Assembly: GCA_027460535.1 (NCBI GenBank)
Contig: JAPZAR010000010.1
Coordinates: 90,001-122,000, forward strand
Length of the DNA: 32,000 nt
From: Candidatus Methanoperedens sp.
GTDB lineage: Archaea > Halobacteriota > Methanosarcinia > Methanosarcinales > Methanoperedenaceae
Direction: 5' to 3'
Shown: positions 7,927-16,768 of the stretch, in pieces
How positions within the stretch are numbered: the stretch's first letter is position 1
Layout of the letters: each line of letters starts with the position of its first letter
Program-made: the position numbers and the translations under genes
The notes under the pieces: model-generated
Database searches by the model: none
What the model saw: only the letters and a program-made list of their open reading frames with translations
Told to the model about the DNA's origin: nothing

Positions 7927-8083
7927 CCTGATCCCGTTATAATCCTTCTGAATGTAAAAATCTGTGCATTATGTTTTAAGCTACCGCAGGGATGCAATTA
8001 CCAGCATGGTCAGAGCATGCAAGTTCCGACTCCGCTGCATGGCAGTTAATTATAAGTATCATTATTATCTTATATAATATCCT

Positions 8084-8263
8084 ATGAATAAGACTAAACG
8101 CACTATCAGAGAGTTTTTTCCTTTTCTTGCATTCGCGATAGGTGCGCTGCTCAGAACCATCAGCTTATTATTTGAGCAAAATATTAATTCTGCATTCCTT
8201 GGCGCTATAACATTGATGTGCATGTCTGCGCTCATGATCCTGTTCTATTTTATTTCAAGATAG
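8084..8263 (+). CDS. Possible small membrane protein (59 aa, two hydrophobic helices)
   Basis: An ATG ORF below the track cutoff: MNKTKRTIREFFPFLAFAIGALLRTISLLFEQNINSAFLGAITLMCMSALMILFYFISR. It lies in an otherwise unexplained 395-nt gap upstream of the MutS-like gene. I saw no clear SD. Confidence 0.3.
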   Translation: MNKTKRTIREFFPFLAFAIGALLRTISLLFEQNINSAFLGAITLMCMSALMILFYFISR

Positions 8264-8322
8264 CAATACGAATATTTTTAAAATCAGAAGCCCTAAGGAT
8301 ACAGAAAGACTGACAGGGTTTC

Positions 8323-10392
8323 ATGATAAAGAGCTTGAAGGATATACCACGGATCGGAGAAAAAACCGCACGCCGTTTTATTGAACATTTCGGCTCCGAA
8401 AAACTGGCGCTGGATGCCATAATTAATGGAGATGTGGCAAGTTTGTGCGAAATTGAGGGACTGACCGAAAAATCTGCCATATCCCTGGTCCTTGAAACAT
8501 ATGCGATAAGCGAAGGCGTGGGCGCCAGGGATTTTCTCAAGACAAAAGAGGCTTATGAAATATATGAGCGTCTCCTGGAATTGATTTCCGGATTTGCCCA
8601 CACGGGATATGCGAAAACCAAATTACACCTGTATATCCCTTATCCTTCCTCCAAAAAAGACAGGATCAAAGGAATGCAGGAAGAGATATCAAAGGTCATC
8701 CAACTTACTGGGGGGGTGGATGAACAGGAAATCGCCGGATATCTTTCCCGTGTAAAACCCATAAGAACGGATTTCAATATACCGATGATCAGGGACAGGG
8801 TAATACTCGCGTCCACTCCTGAAGAATTCGAGGCCGCAAAGAGTTTTCCGGTCCCGGTCCATCATGTCGCTGATGCGAGGGAAGCAGCGGACGTAGCCGG
8901 CGGATATTCACATGCCATTCTGAGCACTGGTTTTGCGGGAATTGATTTCCCAGAACACATCGAGATCGATTTCATTGACATCAAAAGGGCGGAGATCTGG
9001 CAGGTTGCGCCCGAAAAGGAACTCGCGTTCTTTGCCAGGAATCTTGATTCAATAAGCTCTGGATGTTCTGTTGTCAGGATCATCAGGCAGCACCACCCGG
9101 ATTTCTGTTCTGGAATAACGGATGGGGAAATAGAACGGCTTAACCTTGGCCTGTCAAAAATATCAAAAGATTCGGATTTGAAAAGCGGTGTGGACAATGA
9201 AGTGGACAGGCTCAGAGCGATATACAGCAGCCTGAACGAGACCATAACGAGCGTGGAGAAAAGAGCCAATCTCGAATTCGGTTCCCTCATTGAAAATAGC
9301 TCTGTCACTGTCAAGGGTTTCGATATACTGACCGCTATCGACGGAGGTGTCAACCGGCTTTTTGAGAAAGAGATAAGAGAAAAATATAACACAGTAGTAA
9401 GCAATGCCGCCCGAACATTATCGGCGGAGCTTAAGCTATCTGCGATGGAATCACAGTTCGTTAATAATTTTTTCCCTGAAGAACCTGCTCACCCGATCAA
9501 AGTAAACTCTCGCGGGGTGGAAGAGCTGAGAAACCACCTGCTTCGCACCATCAATTCCCGAAAACTGGCTATCTTAAGGGACAATGCGAAAGAGCTTTCA
9601 AAATTCAAAGAGACAGCGAACACAATAGTCCGTGCAGTTCTTGACTTTGATAGCGGTTACACAGTTGCTTGCTTTGCCCGGAGATTCGATCTGAATATAC
9701 CCCAGATCCAGGACAAAAAAGGTATTGGTTTTATAGGAGGCACCAACCTTTTCCTTGATGCTCCTCTTCCCATCAACTACTCGTTGGGTTCCTCACGTTT
9801 CAATGAAGGGTTACACAGACTCAAGGACGCCCGGATAGTATTATTAAGCGGTGTGAATTCGGGAGGAAAGACCTCCACGATCGATCTTCTGGCGCAAATA
9901 GTGATACTCGCACATATGGGATTTCCAGTGCCTGCAAAAAAATGCAGCCTTGGTCTTGTGGATGAATTTTTCTATTTTGGAAAATCCAAAGGTACGATGG
10001 ATGCAGGCGCTTTTGAGAGCACCATCAAAGATTTCGCCACAGTGGCTACTGGCAGGAGCAAGATCGTCCTGGCCGATGAGATCGAATCCATAACAGAGCC
10101 TGGGGCGTCCGCAAAGATCATATCAGGAATTCTTGAAGAGCTTGATGACAATAATGGAATGGGCGTATTTGTAAGCCATCTGGCAGAGTCGATACTCGAA
10201 AACACAACCTGTGAAATTCGTGTTGACGGCATCGAAGCAAAAGGTCTGGATGAGCACCTGAACCTTATTGTGGACAGGAATCCCAGGTATAATTACCTTG
10301 CCCGCAGCACTCCTGAACTGATCGTGGAACGGCTGGCGCGGAAAAATATGGACAACGAGTTCTATAGCAGGCTTTTAAAGAAGTTCAAATGA
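8323..10392 (+). CDS. MutS-family ATPase (archaeal MutS2/MutS5-like) with N-terminal helix-hairpin-helix motifs
   Basis: 689 aa. The C-terminal MutS domain-V-like ATPase shows LLSGVNSGGKTSTIDLLAQIVILAHMGFPVPA (Walker A, GxNxxGKT/S) and a Walker B-like IVLADEIES. The N-terminus has LKDIPRIGEKTARRFIEHFG and IEGLTEKSAISLV, which are HhH-like. I recognise no mismatch-binding domain and no Smr domain. Confidence 0.75.
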   Translation: MIKSLKDIPRIGEKTARRFIEHFGSEKLALDAIINGDVASLCEIEGLTEKSAISLVLETYAISEGVGARDFLKTKEAYEIYERLLELISGFAHTGYAKTKLHLYIPYPSSKKDRIKGMQEEISKVIQLTGGVDEQEIAGYLSRVKPIRTDFNIPMIRDRVILASTPEEFEAAKSFPVPVHHVADAREAADVAGGYSHAILSTGFAGIDFPEHIEIDFIDIKRAEIWQVAPEKELAFFARNLDSISSGCSVVRIIRQHHPDFCSGITDGEIERLNLGLSKISKDSDLKSGVDNEVDRLRAIYSSLNETITSVEKRANLEFGSLIENSSVTVKGFDILTAIDGGVNRLFEKEIREKYNTVVSNAARTLSAELKLSAMESQFVNNFFPEEPAHPIKVNSRGVEELRNHLLRTINSRKLAILRDNAKELSKFKETANTIVRAVLDFDSGYTVACFARRFDLNIPQIQDKKGIGFIGGTNLFLDAPLPINYSLGSSRFNEGLHRLKDARIVLLSGVNSGGKTSTIDLLAQIVILAHMGFPVPAKKCSLGLVDEFFYFGKSKGTMDAGAFESTIKDFATVATGRSKIVLADEIESITEPGASAKIISGILEELDDNNGMGVFVSHLAESILENTTCEIRVDGIEAKGLDEHLNLIVDRNPRYNYLARSTPELIVERLARKNMDNEFYSRLLKKFK

Positions 10393-10397
10393 TTTTC

Positions 10398-11720
10398 TCA
10401 TAGCATTAAACAGGAGTGGTTGATTCCTTTCTCCTTCACTTTCTCGATAACTCTTTCCGCCATTCCCCCGGATGCGAAAATAACCACATCAAAACCCCTG
10501 AGCGCTGCAAGCATTCCAGACTGGATCACGTCAAATTCAAAATCGCACTTCATCTCCATCTTCTTAATCAATACTTTTGCAGATGTCCCCATCGCGCCGA
10601 TCTTTTGATTCCTCCTGCTGTCAAGAATATCACGCACCTTATCGGCATCTGCAGCCCTCGTTCCTCCTTCCACAATCCCGGGAACCCTGATCACAGTAAT
10701 ACTTCCTGCCAGCTGCGTCAAATCGCCATGCACATCCTTCACCGCAATATCATCGCCCGCTTTGCCGTCGATTATCGCCGTTCCCCTTATTCCGTTTGAA
10801 CCTTTGTCCGCGACAAGCATCCCATCTTTAATACGGAGGAAGATTTCATCACCTGCGAGAACATCGCATCCGGCTATCGCGCACCTGATGGTCAGGACCT
10901 TTGTATCCACGGATTCCATAAAATCGACAACTGAGAGAGGCATTTCTCCTCTGGAGATCCCTCGCGCGCGAAATTCCCGGAATGTCTGAACTATGACAGG
11001 ATGTCTCAGCCCGGCCTCGGCTACCAGTCTTTCATCTGCAAAAATGTGTCTCGGCGCTCCTGACCTGAAAACTTTTCCCCTATTAAGTACATATACGCGA
11101 TCAGACCATGATGCAGCGAGGTCAGAATCGTGTGTCGATATAATGATGGTTTTCCCTTCGTTGTTCAATTCATCCAGGAGCTCCATTGTATCCATAACTC
11201 CATGCATATCAAGTCCCGATGTTGGCTCGTCGAGCACAAGAATATCGGGCTCCATTGCAACCACCCCGGCAATGGCCACCCTCTTCTTCTGCCCCGCGCT
11301 CAAATTCGCGGGATTCTTCTTCGCGAGGTCTTCTATATCAAACCTGTGCAGCACCCATGAAACCCTGTTTTTTACCTCGCCAGGCCCTAGACGGAGATTT
11401 TTAGGGCCGAAAGCGATATCGTCAAACACGGTCGGTGCAAATAACTGGCTGTCCGGGTCCTGGAATACGAGACCCACGCGCTTCCTGATACTCTCGATGT
11501 TATTTTTGTTGATATTTTCCCCGAATACCTCTACTTCCCCGCGTGTGGGTTTGATCAAACCGTTAAAATGATGAAATAGCGTGGTTTTCCCGCTCCCGTT
11601 TGGACCGAGCACCGCAACTTTTTCACCGGGGCTGACTTCAAAATTCACTCCCGATAATGCAACAGTCCCATCCGAATAAGCATATTCAAGTTCAATGGTT
11701 TTTATCGCCGCCGTGATCAT
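10398..11720 (-). CDS. cbiO: ECF/CbiO-type ABC ATPase fused to a ~165-aa C-terminal domain of unknown function
   Basis: Walker A GPNGSGKTTL, signature LSAGQKKRVAIAG, Walker B ILVLDEPTSGLD and H-loop ISTHD are present in the first ~275 aa. About 165 further residues follow (VLTIRCAIAGCDV...GINHSCLML). The start overlaps the cbiQ stop (ATGA). Confidence 0.85.
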   Translation of the reverse strand: MITAAIKTIELEYAYSDGTVALSGVNFEVSPGEKVAVLGPNGSGKTTLFHHFNGLIKPTRGEVEVFGENINKNNIESIRKRVGLVFQDPDSQLFAPTVFDDIAFGPKNLRLGPGEVKNRVSWVLHRFDIEDLAKKNPANLSAGQKKRVAIAGVVAMEPDILVLDEPTSGLDMHGVMDTMELLDELNNEGKTIIISTHDSDLAASWSDRVYVLNRGKVFRSGAPRHIFADERLVAEAGLRHPVIVQTFREFRARGISRGEMPLSVVDFMESVDTKVLTIRCAIAGCDVLAGDEIFLRIKDGMLVADKGSNGIRGTAIIDGKAGDDIAVKDVHGDLTQLAGSITVIRVPGIVEGGTRAADADKVRDILDSRRNQKIGAMGTSAKVLIKKMEMKCDFEFDVIQSGMLAALRGFDVVIFASGGMAERVIEKVKEKGINHSCLML

Positions 11721-12547
11721 AAGAACCTGTCAAAAAATACCAGACAAATTATGCCTGAAGATAAGAGAATTCCAAAAATCGTATTTCTTCTGCTTAACGG
11801 CTGGATGTCGCAAGGGTATTGAAGCATCGGGCTCCATGCACGCGAGACCATGGCCCTGTAAACCTCTTCTCCTCTTGAAAATGCGCGCGTGATTAGCATT
11901 CCGATAATCGATGCTGTGTTGTGCATTCTATTTGTAAAGCCTGCGCATCCCGAGCATCTTGATTCCTGCGCTAATTTCAGGAGTCTTCCTTCTTCTGAAA
12001 AAGTCCTGACATAGCGCAACATAAAGCCGGATATCTCGATCATGGTCCCGGGAACCCTGAACCAGCGCATACTTTCTAGCAGTTCATTCTCCGAAGTTTT
12101 GCTTATCAAAAGTATGAGGATCGAAGTGGAGGCAATTACCTTTGTAAAAATAATGAAACCGTATTCCAGCCCTTCTGCGTAGAATGAAATGATTCCAATA
12201 TCGATCACGTTCTTCCCGTAATTTAAACCCTGGACTGCAATAATAAATAGGGCCATTACGACTGGAAAAATGAGCTTTTTGCTGTAATCCCGAATTATCC
12301 CGAGTTTCAGGGCAATAGCAACGCACGATATTGATATTATGACTGGAAAGTACCAGTGTCTCATCAATGTGATCGCGATTATCAGGAGAAACGATACAAG
12401 GATATTGACTCTGGGATCTTTTCTGCTGCCCGATCCAGGAGCTAATATCTTATTTTTCCGAATGTATCTTCCTGCTATCATTGAAATAAAAAAAGCTATC
12501 GTAACTGCAAGCCCGTTTAAAGGGTCACGGGTGAGCCATTCCAGCAT
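11717..12547 (-). CDS. cbiQ: ECF transporter transmembrane (T) component, CbiQ family
   Basis: 276-aa polytopic membrane protein located between CbiM and CbiO and translationally coupled to both. A C-terminal ...A..SR.. region matches the T-component coupling helices only loosely. Confidence 0.75.
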   Translation of the reverse strand: MLEWLTRDPLNGLAVTIAFFISMIAGRYIRKNKILAPGSGSRKDPRVNILVSFLLIIAITLMRHWYFPVIISISCVAIALKLGIIRDYSKKLIFPVVMALFIIAVQGLNYGKNVIDIGIISFYAEGLEYGFIIFTKVIASTSILILLISKTSENELLESMRWFRVPGTMIEISGFMLRYVRTFSEEGRLLKLAQESRCSGCAGFTNRMHNTASIIGMLITRAFSRGEEVYRAMVSRAWSPMLQYPCDIQPLSRRNTIFGILLSSGIICLVFFDRFL

Positions 12548-13461
12548 CAGGGCTTCCCCCTCAATTCTGTCCAGAAATATCCAGTGACCAGTCCTCCTGT
12601 TATTCCAACGAATACGAAACCAAGAGGTTCACCAAGGCGGGACATGAGCCTCACTCCGATTCCAGTTACGTACGCTGATGGTGCTGCAAGTGATTCTACA
12701 CTGCCATCGGTCCCGCTCATATTTCCTCCTTTCAAATAGCCGAAATAAGCACCTGCAGCGATCACGGAAGCAATTATTATCATTAAAGCCAGAGCGGTTT
12801 TTGTGAACCTGTCAATCCGGGAGCCATCGCCGGAAAGGACTTCAGCCCTTGTCTCAAATACGTATTTTATTACATAGGCCGTGAAAGCGAATTCGGAAAT
12901 CGAAAGCGGAAGTTGCGTGGGAATAAAACCCATGGAGTACAATTTCCAGAAGTGGAACACGTTATCAGGATTCAGGGAGAGGGCAAGCTCAAGGGCTGTG
13001 GTTACGTAGGTGAGAATGCTGCCCACAAGCCCTGCCATTCCTGCTGAGAACCATAATGGAGAGATATTTTTCAGTATTCGATAAACAAAGTAACCTCCAA
13101 AAGCCCCCACCACGCCCATTGAAAAAGTGTTCGCGCCTATGGTAGTAAGCCCCCCGTGACCTATGAATGCCTGAAAGAAGAGGGCGATGGCACTTATTAC
13201 CACTGTGGCGAACGGGCCTATGATTATTGAGGCGAGAGGTGTTCCAACAGGATGGGATGATGAACCGGTCACAGGTACGGGAATGTGCCATACCGAGATG
13301 ACGAAGACGACGGCACCTATCAGTGAGATTCGCGGTAGGTACGAAGGGTCAGCAGCGATGCGTTTGTTGATCATGCGCAATCCCAGCGCGATGAAAATCG
13401 CAGAGATAATGAACCAGAAAACAATCCACTGCGGCTCCAGGATCCCGTCTGAGATATGCAT
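12547..13461 (-). CDS. cbiM: Cobalt/nickel ECF substrate-capture component, CbiM (or NikM) with a CbiN-like C-terminal extension
   Basis: The track ORF starts at 13494. I prefer the ATG at 13461, which yields the N-terminus MHISDGIL, because the CbiM/NikM family needs the Met-His N-terminus for metal binding. At ~304 aa it is ~90 aa longer than a typical CbiM, and the tail has two more hydrophobic helices (CbiN-like). Co versus Ni specificity cannot be told from sequence by eye. Confidence 0.8.
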   Translation of the reverse strand: MHISDGILEPQWIVFWFIISAIFIALGLRMINKRIAADPSYLPRISLIGAVVFVISVWHIPVPVTGSSSHPVGTPLASIIIGPFATVVISAIALFFQAFIGHGGLTTIGANTFSMGVVGAFGGYFVYRILKNISPLWFSAGMAGLVGSILTYVTTALELALSLNPDNVFHFWKLYSMGFIPTQLPLSISEFAFTAYVIKYVFETRAEVLSGDGSRIDRFTKTALALMIIIASVIAAGAYFGYLKGGNMSGTDGSVESLAAPSAYVTGIGVRLMSRLGEPLGFVFVGITGGLVTGYFWTELRGKP

Positions 13462-13570
13462 ATTCACCACTAAATCAACTAAACTTGATTTCACTAAAGT
13501 TTACTTGATATAAATATGTGATGGTTGAAAAAACAAAAGTTTATCATAGTTCTGATTCCATGATTCGTCA

Positions 13571-15073
13571 ATGCATGTAATTCTTGCTACTCCTCCTGAA
13601 TACAGACGACTGACCACACCGGCACAGGTACTCGGTCCTCCTATCGGTCTCCTGTATATGGCCTCCTATGCCAGGCATTACGGATATTTAACCAGAGCAA
13701 AAGCCACACTTTCGGTCTTTGATGCTTTTACACGGCATATGGAAAGTGAGAGATTCGTAAAGGAATTGGTCGCAAAGAAACCTGATGTGCTTGGAGTCTC
13801 GGTAACCTCGCGGATGTTCCCTGTGACCATGAAAAGCCTGGAAAAAATACATGACGCCTTACCTGAAACAAAGATCGTTCTGGGGGGAATGCACCCGACC
13901 TTCATGGCTGAAAAAATAGTGAAGGCATTCCCTTTTGTGGACTGCGTTATTAAAGGCGAGGCGGAGCGTTCCTTCTCAGAACTTCTGGTCTCTTATTCGA
14001 ATAACGATACTGACGTTTCGCGTATCAAAGGAATAACGGCTGTAAGGAACGGCAGGGTTATTGATAGTGACCCGGAAGTGATAATGAATATAGATGAAAT
14101 CCCATTCCCGGCGCGGGATCTTGTAGAGGGTGTGAGCTATGGATATACCTGGAATGGTTTAGATCTTACGTTCGGTAAATTCACTTCAATCGTTACAGGG
14201 AGGGGATGTCCATTTGCGTGTAAATTCTGTACTAACTGGAAGTTCTCTGACAGGCAACTGAGAACCAGATCCATAGGAAACGTGGTAGATGAGCTTGAAC
14301 TGCTGGAATCCCAGGGTTACAGGTCATGCGTAATACTGGATGACGTCTTTACAGCAGATAGGGATCGGGTCAAGGAGATGTGTGAGGAGATCAAGAGAAG
14401 AGATATCGATATTGTGCTTTACTGCGAAGGGAGGGTGGATTCGGCAGACCCTCAAATGTTCAGGAGCATGAAAGAAGCGGGTTTTTCATCCATATTGTTC
14501 GGTATCGAGAGCGGATCGCAAGAAATACTTGATTTTTATCAGAAGCACACCACCCCGGATCAGGCAAAAACAGCCGTGGCTAATGCAAAAGCAGCCGGTC
14601 TTACCGTGATCGGGGCTTTCATTATCGGAGCGCCGGTAGAAAATGCCGGGAAACTGGATGAAACACTTGCACATATATCCGAACTTGACCTCAATGCCAT
14701 CGAGATCAATGCGCTGGGGTTGGCGCCCTGGGACCCGCTGTATATTGAGGCAGAACGCAACGGGAAAGTAGGAAGCAATGATTGGATGAGAGACCACCTC
14801 GTATCGGATTATTATGATAACCTGACGAAGGTGGAAATGGCAAAATGGGTGGAGAAAGCATATTACGCGTTCTTCAGGGCAGGTTTTTACTCCGATCTTG
14901 GAAAAATCAAGTGGTTCATTAACACCCGCGATGGCAGAAATGCGATAATAAAGAACCTCATGAACCCGTACTTATGGCGGCTTATTCTGGAGCGGGGGAA
15001 GGCTAGGCATAAGATAGAGGAGATAATGATGTCCGGGATTGAAGAAAAATTGTTTGGTTCAACGGAACGATAA
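13571..15073 (+). CDS. B12-binding-domain radical SAM protein (class B-like, COG1032 type); substrate unknown
   Basis: 500 aa. The N-terminal Rossmann-like B12-binding-type region includes HVILATPP...GLLYMASYAR...KPDVLGVSVTS...IVLGGMHPTF. It is followed by GRGCPFACKFC (CX3CX2C) and a typical TIM-barrel continuation (ILFGIESGSQEILD). Confidence 0.8.
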   Translation: MHVILATPPEYRRLTTPAQVLGPPIGLLYMASYARHYGYLTRAKATLSVFDAFTRHMESERFVKELVAKKPDVLGVSVTSRMFPVTMKSLEKIHDALPETKIVLGGMHPTFMAEKIVKAFPFVDCVIKGEAERSFSELLVSYSNNDTDVSRIKGITAVRNGRVIDSDPEVIMNIDEIPFPARDLVEGVSYGYTWNGLDLTFGKFTSIVTGRGCPFACKFCTNWKFSDRQLRTRSIGNVVDELELLESQGYRSCVILDDVFTADRDRVKEMCEEIKRRDIDIVLYCEGRVDSADPQMFRSMKEAGFSSILFGIESGSQEILDFYQKHTTPDQAKTAVANAKAAGLTVIGAFIIGAPVENAGKLDETLAHISELDLNAIEINALGLAPWDPLYIEAERNGKVGSNDWMRDHLVSDYYDNLTKVEMAKWVEKAYYAFFRAGFYSDLGKIKWFINTRDGRNAIIKNLMNPYLWRLILERGKARHKIEEIMMSGIEEKLFGSTER

Positions 15074-15299
15074 AAGCATGAGAAAATGTGCATGGGAGGG
15101 AACATCTGAAATCCGAAGGGATCAAGGATGCATTTTTTCAAAACATTATTAACTATTTCATCATTAATATAATAAGCAGTAGACCGACCAACCTATTTAT
15201 ACCTTAAGAACAAATGTTATTATTACCTTAAATTCAAAAATAAGGCATCAAAAATCAAGATTGAATTGCCACTATAATGCAGCACTGTGGGGGTGCCAT

Positions 15300-16622
15300 A
15301 TGCCTGATTATGATGTGATTGTTGTAGGAGGAGGAATTTCCGGCCTTTTGTCTGCGCTGACTCTGGGAAAGAAAGGAAACAGCATCCTTCTTCTCGAAAA
15401 AGCAGACGCTCTTGGCGGAAACTGCAGGACATACGAACCTGAAGATTGTCCTGGCTGGCGTGTTGATACTGGCATCCATGCAATAACGGATCTCATTTAT
15501 GGTCCGCTGAATCAATTGAAGCACTATTTCGATCCCGGAAAATTTCCCACATTCAGAAAGCATAAGGACTACTACCTTCGCAAAAAAAACGGACTGGAAA
15601 GATTTCCATCAACGCTCCCGGGCTTCTTGAAAATGGATGCACTTCCGGCAAAAGACAAGCTGATCCTTGCAGGAGATCTCCTGAATACGGTGATATCGCG
15701 TGCCGTTTTTGGGGAAAAACAAAGGGCTGTGTACGATGTCATATCAAGGCATCGGCTCAGCAGGAAAACAATGCAGTTCGTGGACGCGCTTTCTTATCTG
15801 TTGAGCGGCCTTTCGATGGAAAAGACGTCGGTATCCCGGCTTCTGGAAGGGTGCGGATTTGGCTCTTGCGGTAGGAGAGGAATAATCAGACGGATCGCTG
15901 AAATGATGAAGCTTTTCAATAATTCCGGATACCGCTCGCAGGGCTATCCTCTCGGCGGCATACAATCGATAACAGATGGCGTAATCACATCGTTTCCGAA
16001 GAACGTGGAGTGTCATACAGGAGAAGAAGTTCGAAAGATTGAAAAGGACGAAGGCGGTTTTTGCGTTTCGACATCGGAAGGAGATTATGTTTCCAACAAA
16101 GTTGTCTATTCCGGAGAGGTAAAAAAGCTACCTGGTATCATCGAGATGCCAGTGGAATGGAGCCAGCAGGTAAAACAACTGGAGCAGGCAACGGCAATGA
16201 CGATCTGGCTCGGTCTCAAGGAACCTATGCCGGAGTTCAATTATAACGGTTCGGAAGTGTTTTGCGACGTCTGTGATACTGATAAAGAACTGTTCTACTG
16301 GCTCATGCCTGTGCCAGAGCTTGCGCCGCGCAATAAAGGTCTTGTGGGAGTGAGTACGATAATAGACCCGAAAAAATGCCATGATTCGGAGGAAAAACTT
16401 CTCAACACAATATTCTCTCTTGTGCCTGCAGTAGAGAAGAATATTGAGATGATACATACGCAGGTAATGGCCCCTGAGAAAGCAGCTGTTTCTCTCAATT
16501 ATTTCCCTTCGATCAAAACCCCGGTTGATGGCCTGTATGTTGTGGGAACAGATACCGATATGCGAAGCATGGGCATAACCCGTGCAGGATACTCGGTGCT
16601 TGAGCTGTTAAAATCATTATGA
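15300..16622 (+). CDS. FAD/NAD(P)-binding oxidoreductase, phytoene-desaturase-like (COG1233 type)
   Basis: The track ORF begins at a TTG at 15261. I prefer the ATG at 15300, which gives MPDYDVIVVGGGISGLLSALTLGKKGNSILLLEKADALGGN, a textbook GxGxxG dinucleotide-binding N-terminus. The C-terminal DGLYVVGTDT is typical of the amine-oxidase/CrtI fold. Confidence 0.8.
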   Translation: MPDYDVIVVGGGISGLLSALTLGKKGNSILLLEKADALGGNCRTYEPEDCPGWRVDTGIHAITDLIYGPLNQLKHYFDPGKFPTFRKHKDYYLRKKNGLERFPSTLPGFLKMDALPAKDKLILAGDLLNTVISRAVFGEKQRAVYDVISRHRLSRKTMQFVDALSYLLSGLSMEKTSVSRLLEGCGFGSCGRRGIIRRIAEMMKLFNNSGYRSQGYPLGGIQSITDGVITSFPKNVECHTGEEVRKIEKDEGGFCVSTSEGDYVSNKVVYSGEVKKLPGIIEMPVEWSQQVKQLEQATAMTIWLGLKEPMPEFNYNGSEVFCDVCDTDKELFYWLMPVPELAPRNKGLVGVSTIIDPKKCHDSEEKLLNTIFSLVPAVEKNIEMIHTQVMAPEKAAVSLNYFPSIKTPVDGLYVVGTDTDMRSMGITRAGYSVLELLKSL

Positions 16623-16768
16623 GATGAGTGAATTCAAAAATCACGAACTCTGGAACGAATTCCAGGGCCACAGGTAGTTACTTTAATTATTGCCCAGGAA
16701 GATTGTCAATTAGCAGCATTGAATATTTTTGTATAATATATTGGCGGGTAAACAAGGAAGAGGATCGC

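Noticed and set aside
15075-15087. The 13-mer agcatgagaaaat occurs at 15075-15087 and 18733-18745, with a related gagagcatgagaa near 21607. All are in intergenic DNA.
   Set aside because: A 13-14-nt exact repeat is expected about once by chance in a 32-kb window on both strands. The surrounding sequence does not align.
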